Assembly: GCA_963663805.2 (NCBI GenBank)
Contig: CAXXMR010000012.1
Coordinates: 224,001-288,000, forward strand
Length of the DNA stretch: 64,000 bases
Direction: 5' to 3'
DNA from: Sedimentisphaerales bacterium
GTDB taxonomy: Bacteria; Planctomycetota; Phycisphaerae; Sedimentisphaerales; SM23-30
The translations under genes and the position numbers were made by a program. A model generated the notes under the pieces. That model was not told the origin of the DNA, did not search any database, and worked only from the letters and a program-made list of their open reading frames with translations. Numbering within the stretch: position 1 is the stretch's first letter; each line of letters starts with the position of its first letter. Below, piece by piece: positions 19,401-28,500 of this stretch.

Positions 19401-22026
19401 TAATCCAGAAACCGGCGAACTAACCTTCACAATCAGAGACAAAGTCATCGGTCTCGCTAGCATTACTATTACCGCTACAGACTCCGGTGGCACCGATAAC
19501 GGCGGGCAAAACTCTACTAGCATCGAATCGTATATTGAGGTTGACTCCAATCACGATAACGACTCGCCGGTATTAGAAAGCAATTCCACTCTCACCATCT
19601 TCGAAGACCGACAGGCCCTGATAACCAATGACCATCTCAGGGTAACTGACGAAGAAGACGCGCCGTCAATGATAACCTTTACCATAACGTCAACCCCTGC
19701 TTACGGCCAACTGCTCAAAAACAATGTACCACTGTCCCTGAACGACACTTTCACTCAACTTGACATTGACAATCAGGCCATTACCTATCAGAGCAATATA
19801 ACCGAAGCCCTGGTCTATGCCGATAGTTTCAATTTTACCGTCGCGGACAGTTTTTGCGGGCGTATCGGCACACGCACCTTCAATATCAATGTCATTCCGG
19901 TAAATGACGCTGCTCAGATTACCGTACCCGGCACACAAACTTTGCTGGAATCGGGACCACTCAGTATTAGCGGAATAAGCATCCACGACGAGGATGCTGG
20001 CGACAATAAAATTCAGGTAACCGTCTCAGCTAATTGCGGCCATTTAACTTTGCACAATACCACCGGCCTGACATTCGTCACTGGTGACGGAACCGAAGAC
20101 AACACCTGCACATTTACCGGCACCCAAACTCAAATCAATAATGCCCTGACGGAAATCATTTATCATTGCACCGCTTCCTTTGGTGACTCAGACATTATCA
20201 CCGTCAGCGTTAATGACCTTAATAATACTGGTTCGGGCGGCGCAAAAACTTCGACCGCGACAATACTCGTCGATGTATCGATTATCGACCAGAGGCCGGA
20301 AATCACCGACTGGACAGAAACGGCCAAACTTACCCCGAAAGGCGAAAACAGCCAAATCAGCCTGACGATTACAGAAACGAATACCACTGACCTGACACTC
20401 CATCTCTACCTGGACCAGAACCAAAACGGGCTGCTGGAAATCGATATTGACCCCTTGATTGTCACCCAGACCAATCTCACCACCGGCACTATAAATCTGG
20501 ACCTGTCCTCTGAAAATCTCCCTTATGGCGAAAACCACATCATCGCCACCCTGAACAACGCCAACGGCCTGGTAACCCGCCCCACCGGTATAACCGTACC
20601 GGTCACTTATACGCGTATCCTCGACGCGGACAGCCCGGTAAACTTTACCGACTCCCAGGGCGACAGCGTCAAAACGACACTCAAGGGTTCAGGTTCAGCG
20701 ATCGTGCATTTTTATGACACGGACAACTCCGACGCAGTCTCTATCGTGGTCGATGGCACGGACGCGAAATCATCTTTGACTATCAAAAGCTCCGACCGGA
20801 ACAACCCTACCAACGTCGGCGACATAACCATCAACAGCGGCTCAATTAAATCTATTTCCGCGGCGGGTATTAACCTTACCGGCGATCTTACTGTTGAAGG
20901 CTCGCTCAAAAAACTTACGCTTGGTGATGTTTCCGATTCGAGTACCATCACTATCACCGGCGACCCTGAGAGTGACGAAGCCATATCCATCAAACTAAAC
21001 CACGTGGAAGACCTTAATCTTAACTCGCAGCAGGCCATCAAAAAGCTCAAACTTATCGACTGGACCGACACCGACGGAATTGCTGATTCGATTACCGCCC
21101 CGTCGCTCGGCAAGATTTCACTTAAAGGCGAAACGTTTGATGCAAACATTACCATTACCGGAACCGATGCGGAAAATGATTTTGGCGGGCTGAAGTTCAA
21201 AGGTGACATTACCGGCGGCACCTGGACCATTAGCGGTGACTGCGGAAAAATCGCGGCGAACAGTTTCAGTGAAGACTGGACACTGAACACCTCCGGCAGC
21301 GTCAAGTCAATCACATCCAAAGGTGATTTGGCGGGCAATATAAGCGCTCAGTCGATAGACAAAATTATAGTAGCTGACAGTCTGACCGCCCAAATCAACG
21401 TTACGGGTGACGAACAATCTGTCAATATCAATAAGCTCCAGGCGGACCAGATTATAAACAGCGACCTGAGCATTACCGGTCAGGTCAACTCCATCAAGGC
21501 TGACCTGTGGCAAAACAGCGACCTGAGCGCGGGCAGTCTAAACAACATGAGAATCAAAGGAGACTTCAGCGGTAACATAACTCTGAATGATTCTGCGCGG
21601 GAGACGACCTTAGGGAGCCTGAAAGTTGACGGTGCCGTTGAAACATCTCACCTTCATCTGGCCGGCAATGCCGAATCGATTGACCTGGGCGTGTTCATAG
21701 ATTCACAACTACTGCTTGGAGTTAAGGAAGGACTGCCTTCCATCCCCACCGCCGCTGACGAATTTACCACACTGACAAATCTTCAAAACCTCCGGATAGG
21801 CGACGGTGCCGACAACTCAATCATAGAAAACTCATCAATAGCCGCCTGGTCCATTGACAGAATACTGCTGGACATCACCAGTACCGGCCAATATCACAGC
21901 CTGATAACCGCTGATTCGATTGATTCCTATACCCGCCAAATGCCGGATGAAAAAGTCGAACTCAGCGACCTGGACCTGCCCGGCACTTTCGACCTAGATA
22001 GTAACCTACTACTTATAGTGATATAA
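13411..22026 (+). CDS. Giant extracellular adhesin-like protein (LEPR-XLL leader, DUF4347, C-type lectin, LamG, cadherin/Ig tandem repeats)
   Basis: LENLENRLLLS motif; SHG..G..LG / YSC / GDWDLE (DUF4347-like); WIG..D..E..WRW..G..NW..GEPNN (C-type lectin); LP.WL.F (dystroglycan/He_PIG); WHHVA.T.DG...LYLDG and F.G.IDD.R (LamG); many VNDAP/VNDVP Ig-like repeats. Confidence 0.85.
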   Translation: MSIRAHHENIKRRRDKQLLLENLENRLLLSSDPVISLPNGLDIILIDATVADVETITASVNSDAQFVMFDNDENPVEVLGRAVQISQQNDISVQSLSIISHGQSGSFQLGNQAISSDNLQELEGVLTELGKNFVSESAIYVYSCSVTKDGQTGQALIDGLAQISGSAVFASNDITGFKGDWDLETSSAGADWGLLSNQALATHNLSSWLGQLGNYTTNEDTAKTIDKGANTRFVNIVQPTHGTVVDNGDGTLTYTPDANWNGADSFSYEEYYYQYVAAAQTWSNAKTLAEAATYSGLNGYLATITSAAENTFITNNIIGGNDAWIGASDQNVEQEWRWVTGPEGAEAAGLGRYFYNEGTGLAIGGEYNNWNGGEPNNSGGAEDWCHIKGNGTWNDDSAVKTLGYVIEYDGPSVTDNITVNAVNDAPDLDNPIPDGAASISVPYSYTVPANTFSDVEGDTLTYSATKSNDTALPGWLSFNTSTREFSGTPTFGSNGTLSIKVTANDGNGGTTSDIFDVVINDYLIGYWTMDSTAVTDETGDHDSDVQTNLTSVSGVIGNSVDFNGTTSQLRIPSSGEINTTVVTQRSFSLWFQADATAGKQVLYREGGTSHGLAIYLDNTTIYAYFWSSSDITADSMSVTLPGGQLTDWHHVAFTFDGTGGSEKLYLDGALADSANQTGNIPSHTGNVVLGYSDNSFDYHDGESGAVNAFNGRIDDFRMFSVPLNATEVNDIFVQNPADMALDSTSADENSNGVVIGNLSVTEYNVNDTHTWSIASDPSGIFEISGTQLKLINGNSFNYETTDSYNLTLRVTDNTGLYYDEAVTVTVNDINDAPTAANSSVTTNEDSNYTFTAANFSFSDQDAGDSMTLVKIMTLPGAGTLTHTVNGAVNANDEISLADINAGKLIFTPVANANGTPYTTFTYKVKDSNATYSTASYTMTVNVDTVNDVPSFTKGANQSVNEDCGVQTVAGWATALSKGPANESAQTLSFNVSNNNNSLFSTQPAISSAGQLTYTPAANANGSTTVTVSISDNGGTLRGGVNTSATQTFTITVNAVNDVPSFTKGANQAVNEDATAQTVAGWATALSKGPTDEAGQTLSFNVSNDNNSLFSTQPAISSAGQLTYTPAANANGAATVTVSISDNGGTALGGVNTSANQTFTITVNAVNDVPSFTKGANQTVNEDCGVQTVAGWATALSKGPTNEAAQSLSFNVSNDNNALFSAQPAISSAGQLTYTPAADANGTTTVTVSISDNGGTALGGVDTSANQTFTITVNAVNDVPSFTKGADQTVNEDCGVWTVAGWATALSKGPTNEAAQSLSFNVSNDNNALFSAQPAISSAGQLTYTPAADANGTTTVTVSISDNGGTALGGVDTSANQTFTITVNAVNDVPSFTKGADQTVLEDAAAQTVAGWATALDKGPTDEAGQSLSFIVTNDNNALFSVQPAINPTGQLTYTLAPDANGTTTVSVQIADDGGTALGGVDTSAAQTFAINVTPVNDIPYYTLGPDITVNEDSGSLTFTNWASINAGAFNEGSQVLTIALQSERSYLFSQQPALAANGTLTFTVAPDVVGTTYVTVNVGDDAGTENDGVNFSLTYPFNITIVPTDDEPLSSDITISGTEDTTYTFSNQDFPFSDADGDTFDGIMLTSLPQSGTLYYEGSPITTYPTDYRDVSKLTYIPDTDEYGQGYASFTYYIKDSSDDYSTGRYTATFDIAAEQDPPTSQDYTFTMLEDSIHSFADYEFYYSDPDNDAFEKIRITQLPVAGKIYYQNQAISLNKDISITNIAELTYVPEPDANGDNYASFKYYVHDGTNFSTTSNTVTINVTPTNDKPAAQDSTVTLREDTPHSFSSDDFSFSDIDGDPLVLLQITQLPSQGTLQYQGQDVTANQYIPGVYMDRLVFTPDTDANGDSYADFVFRVSDGIVFADDEYTLNLNVTAVNDAPEFSISGPATSIEDSGLVTISNWLTSFSPGPADEADQQISFTISTDLAELFASPPQVNPETGELTFTIRDKVIGLASITITATDSGGTDNGGQNSTSIESYIEVDSNHDNDSPVLESNSTLTIFEDRQALITNDHLRVTDEEDAPSMITFTITSTPAYGQLLKNNVPLSLNDTFTQLDIDNQAITYQSNITEALVYADSFNFTVADSFCGRIGTRTFNINVIPVNDAAQITVPGTQTLLESGPLSISGISIHDEDAGDNKIQVTVSANCGHLTLHNTTGLTFVTGDGTEDNTCTFTGTQTQINNALTEIIYHCTASFGDSDIITVSVNDLNNTGSGGAKTSTATILVDVSIIDQRPEITDWTETAKLTPKGENSQISLTITETNTTDLTLHLYLDQNQNGLLEIDIDPLIVTQTNLTTGTINLDLSSENLPYGENHIIATLNNANGLVTRPTGITVPVTYTRILDADSPVNFTDSQGDSVKTTLKGSGSAIVHFYDTDNSDAVSIVVDGTDAKSSLTIKSSDRNNPTNVGDITINSGSIKSISAAGINLTGDLTVEGSLKKLTLGDVSDSSTITITGDPESDEAISIKLNHVEDLNLNSQQAIKKLKLIDWTDTDGIADSITAPSLGKISLKGETFDANITITGTDAENDFGGLKFKGDITGGTWTISGDCGKIAANSFSEDWTLNTSGSVKSITSKGDLAGNISAQSIDKIIVADSLTAQINVTGDEQSVNINKLQADQIINSDLSITGQVNSIKADLWQNSDLSAGSLNNMRIKGDFSGNITLNDSARETTLGSLKVDGAVETSHLHLAGNAESIDLGVFIDSQLLLGVKEGLPSIPTAADEFTTLTNLQNLRIGDGADNSIIENSSIAAWSIDRILLDITSTGQYHSLITADSIDSYTRQMPDEKVELSDLDLPGTFDLDSNLLLIVI
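16246..17895 (+). repeat. Five 330-bp (110-aa) intragenic tandem repeats plus a diverged sixth
   Basis: Units start at 16246, 16576, 16906, 17236 and 17566 (NDVPSFTKGA...), with a diverged unit at 17896. Units 3 and 4 are nearly identical at DNA level. Confidence 0.9.
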
Positions 22027-22217
22027 CAAATTGAAAACCTTTTAAAAATGCACGTTCTTTAATGTCCCATAAGACAAACGATTACATATTTTTTTCTTCC
22101 TGAAGGGCCTTAAACTGACATTTTCAAATTTCAGATATAACCACTTTCTGTATTAGTCGATAAATGAATGTGAGGGGATTTTGCGGAAAAAAAGCCGCCA
22201 GCAGAGAAGTACCAATA

Positions 22218-23213
22218 ATGAACCAAGCCAAAATATTAATAGTAGACGACAGCAGAGCTAATGCCCAGCTGGTGCATGATATTCTCGTCGATCACTATAC
22301 GCTGAAATGCGTACATTCTGGCGAAGAAGCCCTGCTGGAAGCACCGGCATTTCTACCGGACCTAATATTATTGGACGTTATCATGCCGGGTATCGATGGT
22401 TATGAAACCTGCCGTCAGCTTCGCAAGCAGCAGGCGGTTAAGTATTCTAAAATCATTATGGTTTCGTCTCAAAAAAATATCGCCGAGCGGCTGGAAGGTT
22501 ATCAGGCCGGTGCCGACGACTACCTGCCCAAACCTTTTGACAATGAGGAACTGCTGGCAAAAACCCGTGTCTACCTGCGGCTAAAATCGACAGAAGAAGT
22601 AAACGAAAAAATCAATCAGTCCTTTCTTCAGACCATCTCCTCGCTGGCATTGGCGATGGAAGCCAAGGACGCCTACACCTCCGGCCATTCAACCCGAGTC
22701 GCCCAGATGGCCGCGAATCTGGGTCATAAACTTGGACTGGACCAGATTCAGATACAAAGGCTGGAATGGGCCGGCTATCTGCACGACATCGGCAAAATAG
22801 GTATTCGCGACGATATACTCAACAAGCCGGGCAAGCTCACTGAAGAGGAATTTGAGCACATCAAAACTCATCCGGTATTAAGCTATCGCGTTCTTCAACC
22901 TGTCCAGGCTTTGAAATGTGTATTGCCGGCAGTCAAGCACCATCACGAACATTATGATGGGTCCGGCTATCCCGACGGACTGACCGCGGAGGAAATTCCG
23001 TTACATGCCCGCATCCTCAAGGTCGCTGACGTTTGGGATGCCTTGACAACCACGCGGTCATATCGTCAGGCGATGTCCAAAGAACAAGCTATTCAGATTC
23101 TCAAACAGGAAGTTGGCAAGACCATGGACCCGTTCATAACGCTGAAACTTCTGGAAATCATTAAAAGCGAATCAGAAATTAGTCAGGCAAGCTCCGCTCT
23201 GCCTCTGGAATAA
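22218..23213 (+). CDS. Response regulator with HD-GYP c-di-GMP phosphodiesterase domain
   Basis: REC domain (ILIVDD, LLDVIMP..DG, KPF) plus KD.YT.GHS.RV, HDIGKIG, HHE..DGSGYP.G and R.YR. Confidence 0.92.
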   Translation: MNQAKILIVDDSRANAQLVHDILVDHYTLKCVHSGEEALLEAPAFLPDLILLDVIMPGIDGYETCRQLRKQQAVKYSKIIMVSSQKNIAERLEGYQAGADDYLPKPFDNEELLAKTRVYLRLKSTEEVNEKINQSFLQTISSLALAMEAKDAYTSGHSTRVAQMAANLGHKLGLDQIQIQRLEWAGYLHDIGKIGIRDDILNKPGKLTEEEFEHIKTHPVLSYRVLQPVQALKCVLPAVKHHHEHYDGSGYPDGLTAEEIPLHARILKVADVWDALTTTRSYRQAMSKEQAIQILKQEVGKTMDPFITLKLLEIIKSESEISQASSALPLE

Positions 23214-23288
23214 TCCCGAAGAACCATAAATAAAAAACCCCACGAATAAAATCGCAGGGTCGTTTTTTTGCGGGATATTATTTTCAGC

Positions 23289-25484
23289 TTAACTCTCGTG
23301 GCCGACATAATCATAATAATTTTCGTAAGTTTCACGGAAATATCCACCCTTACGCGGCTTGACGGCATTAAGCACCGCACCCAGAACACGAACCTCTCCA
23401 CCCCCCTTCAGCTCACGCAATAGACGCTGAACGATTCCCCGACCGGTCTTCTTGCCGGCATTCACGACAACCATAGTACCATCGGAAAGACCCGCCAACA
23501 CCTGGGCATCAGTAACCACCAACGCCGGCGAACCATCAATAATAACATGATCGTAAGACTTGCGTGCATTAGCCACAAAATCCTTCATGCGTTCACCGCT
23601 AAGCAATTCTGATGGATTGGGCGGAGTCGGACCACTTTTAAGAACATCAAGATTTTGGGACACAGCTTTTTGAATCATATCATTCAACTCACCCTGCCCA
23701 ATAAGATAATTACTCAGCCCCTTGTTTTCAGAACTGTCAGGAAACAGCTTTTCAATCGCGGGGCGGCGGAAATTGGCATCAACCAGCAGAACCTTACGCG
23801 ACTCGGCGGCCAACACTATCGCCAGATTTGTCGCTATCGTGGTCTTGCCGCAGCCGCCGGCGGGACTGGTAACCAGAATAACCTTCAAGTCCTCCTTGGG
23901 CGCACTAAACATCAGATTGGTACGCAGACGACGGAAAAATTCGCTGAAAATTTCCTGGGGATGAATAAGAGTGAGCTTGGCAACTTCAATTTCATCAAGA
24001 TCATCCTCGTCATATTCGGGAATCATGCCCAGCAGAGGGACTTGCAAATGGCGGGAAATGTCGCTGGGAGTCTTGACGGAATCATCCATGAAATCCAACA
24101 GAAACGCCAGGCCCGCCGAAAGCAGCAATCCCAGAAAAAATCCGCCCGGAACAAAAGCTACAAATTTCGGAAAGGACTTGGTAAGCGGCACATTGCCGTT
24201 ACGAGCGATTTCGGCCGGGATACGACTATCGTCGCCCAGCTCGACTCGAATCTCATATATTCTCTGATTAACCAGGTCAAGACTTTTTCTCTTAACTTCT
24301 ATATCAGACTCGGTCGCCCGATACTGGAGCATTAAATCATCCAAATCCTGCTGACGCCGCGAGGCTTCCTCAAAATCGGAAACGACCTGGTCATACTGCT
24401 CAGCAAGCGATAATCGCTGTTTTTCCAAAGTGCTAAGCTCAGAAGCTGAATATGTCCCACCCAGTTGAAGTTCACGACTACGAATCTGCTCCTGCAAACT
24501 CTGCAAGCGAGTCTTAACCTCTACTACTTGACGATGGTCCTCGCCCAGACGCTCAAGCAGAATATTATAATCTTCTTCCAGCAGAGCTTCACGATTTTTC
24601 CAGTTCCGCAAAGTCGCGTCCTGGTCCAGGGCCATCGCCACCCGAGTACTCTGGCCCCGCCGCTGTTCTTCCTGAAGTTTTTGCAGCTCAAAGTTTAATT
24701 CACTAATCAAGGCTTCCAGACGCAAACGCTCCTGATGCAGCGTACTAAGCTCCTCGGTAATAACCGTTCGGCCTCGCTCCCAACCGGGTACCTTGGCCTG
24801 AAGATTCAATGATTCCAACTGAGTCCGAAGCTCTTTAACATCATTTTCAAGTGTTTTCCGCTGAACATCCAGCGCGGTCAAATTAGCATTCAAAGAGCGG
24901 TCCGCCTCAGAACGCATACGGTTCTGAAACTCGATTAGCGATTCATCAACAAACAGCTTCGCCTCAGCAGAACTGCTGGCTGACATGCTAACCGCAATAT
25001 ATTTTGTACCACGCTGCGGACTGGCCGAAAAACCTGACTTCATATCATCCATCATTTTTTCCGGGTTATCTTCACGCTCTTTATACCAGTTCGAAGCGCG
25101 AATATTTGACCGCTCCAGAATATCAGCCAGAAAATCTTCACTGCGTAAATCAAGGGCGCGAGTCTGGGTTTCCTGTTCGATAATATCCGGGCGATCCATA
25201 ACCCTGAAACCAGTCAGAACACTTTGGGCCTGAACCTTACAGGTCACATATCCCACGGAAGTATATTCCGGCGAAAATTTCCAGAAATAGGCCCATAACC
25301 CGACCCCAATCATCGTGCCCAGAACCGTGGAAAGAATAATCATCCATAAGCGTCGGCGAATTATGCCAAGAACATCCCTGATTGTCATCGCCGAAGCCGC
25401 CGCATCCGGTCGGGGACCGCCGGGCATAGCGCCGCGAACCATTGGACGAGGCATCCCCGGAGCAACTGTCATTTGTCTGGTCAT
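23289..25484 (-). CDS. wzc: Polysaccharide co-polymerase / tyrosine autokinase (Wzc/GumC-CapB fusion)
   Basis: Two TM segments flank a coiled coil. E.FR.LRTNL, TS...G.GKTT, VDAN.RRP, PPNPSELL, VIID..P and a Tyr-rich tail YFRETYENYYDY. Confidence 0.9.
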   Translation of the reverse strand: MTRQMTVAPGMPRPMVRGAMPGGPRPDAAASAMTIRDVLGIIRRRLWMIILSTVLGTMIGVGLWAYFWKFSPEYTSVGYVTCKVQAQSVLTGFRVMDRPDIIEQETQTRALDLRSEDFLADILERSNIRASNWYKEREDNPEKMMDDMKSGFSASPQRGTKYIAVSMSASSSAEAKLFVDESLIEFQNRMRSEADRSLNANLTALDVQRKTLENDVKELRTQLESLNLQAKVPGWERGRTVITEELSTLHQERLRLEALISELNFELQKLQEEQRRGQSTRVAMALDQDATLRNWKNREALLEEDYNILLERLGEDHRQVVEVKTRLQSLQEQIRSRELQLGGTYSASELSTLEKQRLSLAEQYDQVVSDFEEASRRQQDLDDLMLQYRATESDIEVKRKSLDLVNQRIYEIRVELGDDSRIPAEIARNGNVPLTKSFPKFVAFVPGGFFLGLLLSAGLAFLLDFMDDSVKTPSDISRHLQVPLLGMIPEYDEDDLDEIEVAKLTLIHPQEIFSEFFRRLRTNLMFSAPKEDLKVILVTSPAGGCGKTTIATNLAIVLAAESRKVLLVDANFRRPAIEKLFPDSSENKGLSNYLIGQGELNDMIQKAVSQNLDVLKSGPTPPNPSELLSGERMKDFVANARKSYDHVIIDGSPALVVTDAQVLAGLSDGTMVVVNAGKKTGRGIVQRLLRELKGGGEVRVLGAVLNAVKPRKGGYFRETYENYYDYVGHES

Positions 25485-25533
25485 ATCATTTTTCCTGGTA
25501 TCTAAAATAGTTAATAAATCTATTCTGGTTATA

Positions 25534-28500
25534 TCAGTCAAGCTCTGCCAAAGACGCCTCCACGTCCTTACGCAATACCGCGTCCGACTGAGACTGTGAA
25601 TCTTTCAATCTGTTTAGAACACCTTCCATAAGCTCCCGAGCCCGGGCTTTATTTCCCTGACCGGCCAATGCTTCAGCCAGACGATATTCAAATTCCGGCA
25701 AAACAACCATGTTCCGACGCTCGGCTTCACGAATCACTTCCTGGGCGATGCGTTCCGCCTGAACAAATTTGCCCTGCTTCAACAATGCCAGAGCATAAGT
25801 ATCCATAACATTAATATCCTGAGGCACCAATTTATAAGCCTTCTGAGCAAAATCTACCGCCTCGTCAACATTAGCTTCACCCTGAAGCAGGCGATAAGCC
25901 AGATTGTTCAAAACCGCAGGATCTTCAGGACGAATCTTCTGCCACTGGCGATACACTTCCAAAGAATCATCCGGCCGGCCTATCCGCTCGTAAAGGTTTG
26001 ACAACTGCGAGTAAACTCTGATTAAGTCATCGTCTTTCTCTTTATTTTCAGCCAGAGATTTACCTGTCAGCATAAGATTCAAGGCTTCGTCACTATTACC
26101 CTGAACCTGCTCCAGATAGGCAGCCAACAGATAAAGCGAAACCCAATCTGAACGCTCGGCAAGTTTTTTGCGAGTCCAAACCAGAATATCAGGCACCTCG
26201 CCCACCCGACTAACCTCACGAAGAACCACTTCGCTAAGATTCGCGTCATCAGCGGCAAGAGTCAATGCTGATTCAAATTCCTGCAAAGCAGCAGTCTTTT
26301 CGCCTTTGCGGAAATACGCCTCAGCTTTATGCAGAAGCAACGGAACATCTTCCCGCGTTCCCTGCAGATTCTCATCTATCATTTTCACCAGTTCGTCATA
26401 TTGACGCAACTGCAACATTACTTCGCCCAAACTGGCCAGACTCCGCGTCTGTAACTGCCCTTGTTCCTGACTGAGTTTCCAGGCCCGCTGCAACTGGGAC
26501 AAAGCCTGCTCATAATATTGAGCCGCCCGACGGGTATCCTCGTTCGCAGCATATTCGCGAGCACGAGCGACCGCAGTCTCACCGGCCCCCAAATACAGAT
26601 CAATCGAATCAGGATGCTTCTCCAGACTATCATCATAAAGATTGGCAAGCTCCGCCCAACGCCGCTGGTCCCTTAGAAAACCCATCAACTGCTGACGGGC
26701 TGCGTCATAATTCGGGTCACCTACCAGCGCAGAACGAAGTTCAGCGATAGCATCATCATAGCGGCGTAAACGCCACAGTACCCGCGAACGCTGCAAAACG
26801 CCCTACCGTACTGTCAGGCCCAGCCTTTTCGCGTAGGGAATCCAGACAAGCCAGAGCATCATCCAGTTTCCCTTCAAAATACAAAGCCTCAGCCTTCAGT
26901 TGATAAGCCTGCTCCGCACCAGGGCCGGAACCATCAACCAAAAGCTCATCGGCATAGCCGCGGGCCTCGGCATAGTTGCCATCCTGCAAGGCTATCTGGG
27001 CCGAAAGAAGTTTTGCCTGGGGCATATCAGCGTATTTCTCACGCAAGGTCGTCAGCAGCTCACGGGCCCGGTCCATCTGGCCAATCTGACGCAAAATATC
27101 TATTTCGAAGGCCAGAACCCGACCGCTTTCCTCTACAGCGCGAATCTCCTCAGCCAAAGCAACCGCTTCTTCAGCTTTGCCGCGACGCAGCATGAGTTCA
27201 GCCAGGGCCATTTTTAATTGAGTCGAGTCAGGCATACTTTCCAGAGTTATGCGTAAAACCTTCTCAGCACTATCCAAATTACCTTCTTCCAGATGAAATG
27301 CCGCTAGTTTAACTGCGGCGGTAACACGATTTTCACCTTCGGATTTATCCAAAGTTGCTTCCAGTGCTTCACGAGCCAGACCCACCTCACCACGGTCACG
27401 AAGGTAGATAGCATATGAAGTCGCCAAATCTGACGAGTCCGGATATAGGGCAATAGCCTGCTTGAAAACTTTGTCAATCTCGGCATAAACCTTGTCTTCG
27501 GCGGAACGAGTATCCTGAATCTCAGCGTAACGACGCATAGCCTCAACCATATACAGCCAGTTGCGGGCATTTTCCGGTTCGTTCGCGATAAATACCTTAC
27601 AGGTGTTCAATACCGACTGATAGGCCATGGCAATCTGTTTTTCAATCGCCTCACGCTGAGCGTCACTGAAACGCTGAGCCTTCAACAAACGAGACAGGGC
27701 CTTCATATAATAAGGATAATATACGCGACGCAAATGCAGAGCGCCTATATGTCCCGGATTTATCACCCCAATGGCATCGAGAGGACGCAATATCCGTTGC
27801 AAATCTTCGAGGCTTAGAGCTTCCAGGTTTTCACCATAACGCCGTACATTGTCCTGATGAATCAGCGAAACCAGCAGGAAATTAGAATCAACATTGAAAC
27901 GGTCCAGCCGGGCCGCGCTTTCCGCCGAGCTGATGGCTTTGGCACGCTCGTCCATTTGCTCATAAACCCGCGCCAACGAAGCGTGAGCCCGCGCGTCTAT
28001 AGGACGACGGTCAAGATAGCGTTCGAAACCAGCAGCGGCATCCGTCCATTTCTCCTGAGCAGCGGCCAGATAACTTTCCAGACGCATACCTTCAACTTCA
28101 TCCAGACCGCGAACCTTCGCCATCACATCACGGGCCCGGTCCCATTTCTCCTGTATAATCATAACATTGAATTTGCCGTTCAAAGCATCTATATCGTTTT
28201 TGCGTTCGGCAAGAGCGGCATCATAATACTTCAGACCCTCCTCCAGGTCAGCCTTCATCCCCTCCGCGTCACTGTCGCGCTTACCCTGGGCACGATTATG
28301 TAAATATTTAGCCAGACCCATAGACCTTTGATAGACATCGGGAATCTGCTGCCAGGCGGCAATCTGAATTTCACCGGCACGCTCCGGACTAATGGAATTC
28401 GGGTCCGGCTCATTCAAAACCAGCAGCATCTGGCGATAAGACACATTCTCCGGCACAGCTTCAACCGCCGCACCGACAACTTCACGGGCCTTGTCATAAT

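Noticed and set aside
23231..23290. Bidirectional terminator between HD-GYP gene and wzc
   Set aside because: A and T tracts are present but the stem is weak and mismatched, so it was not called.
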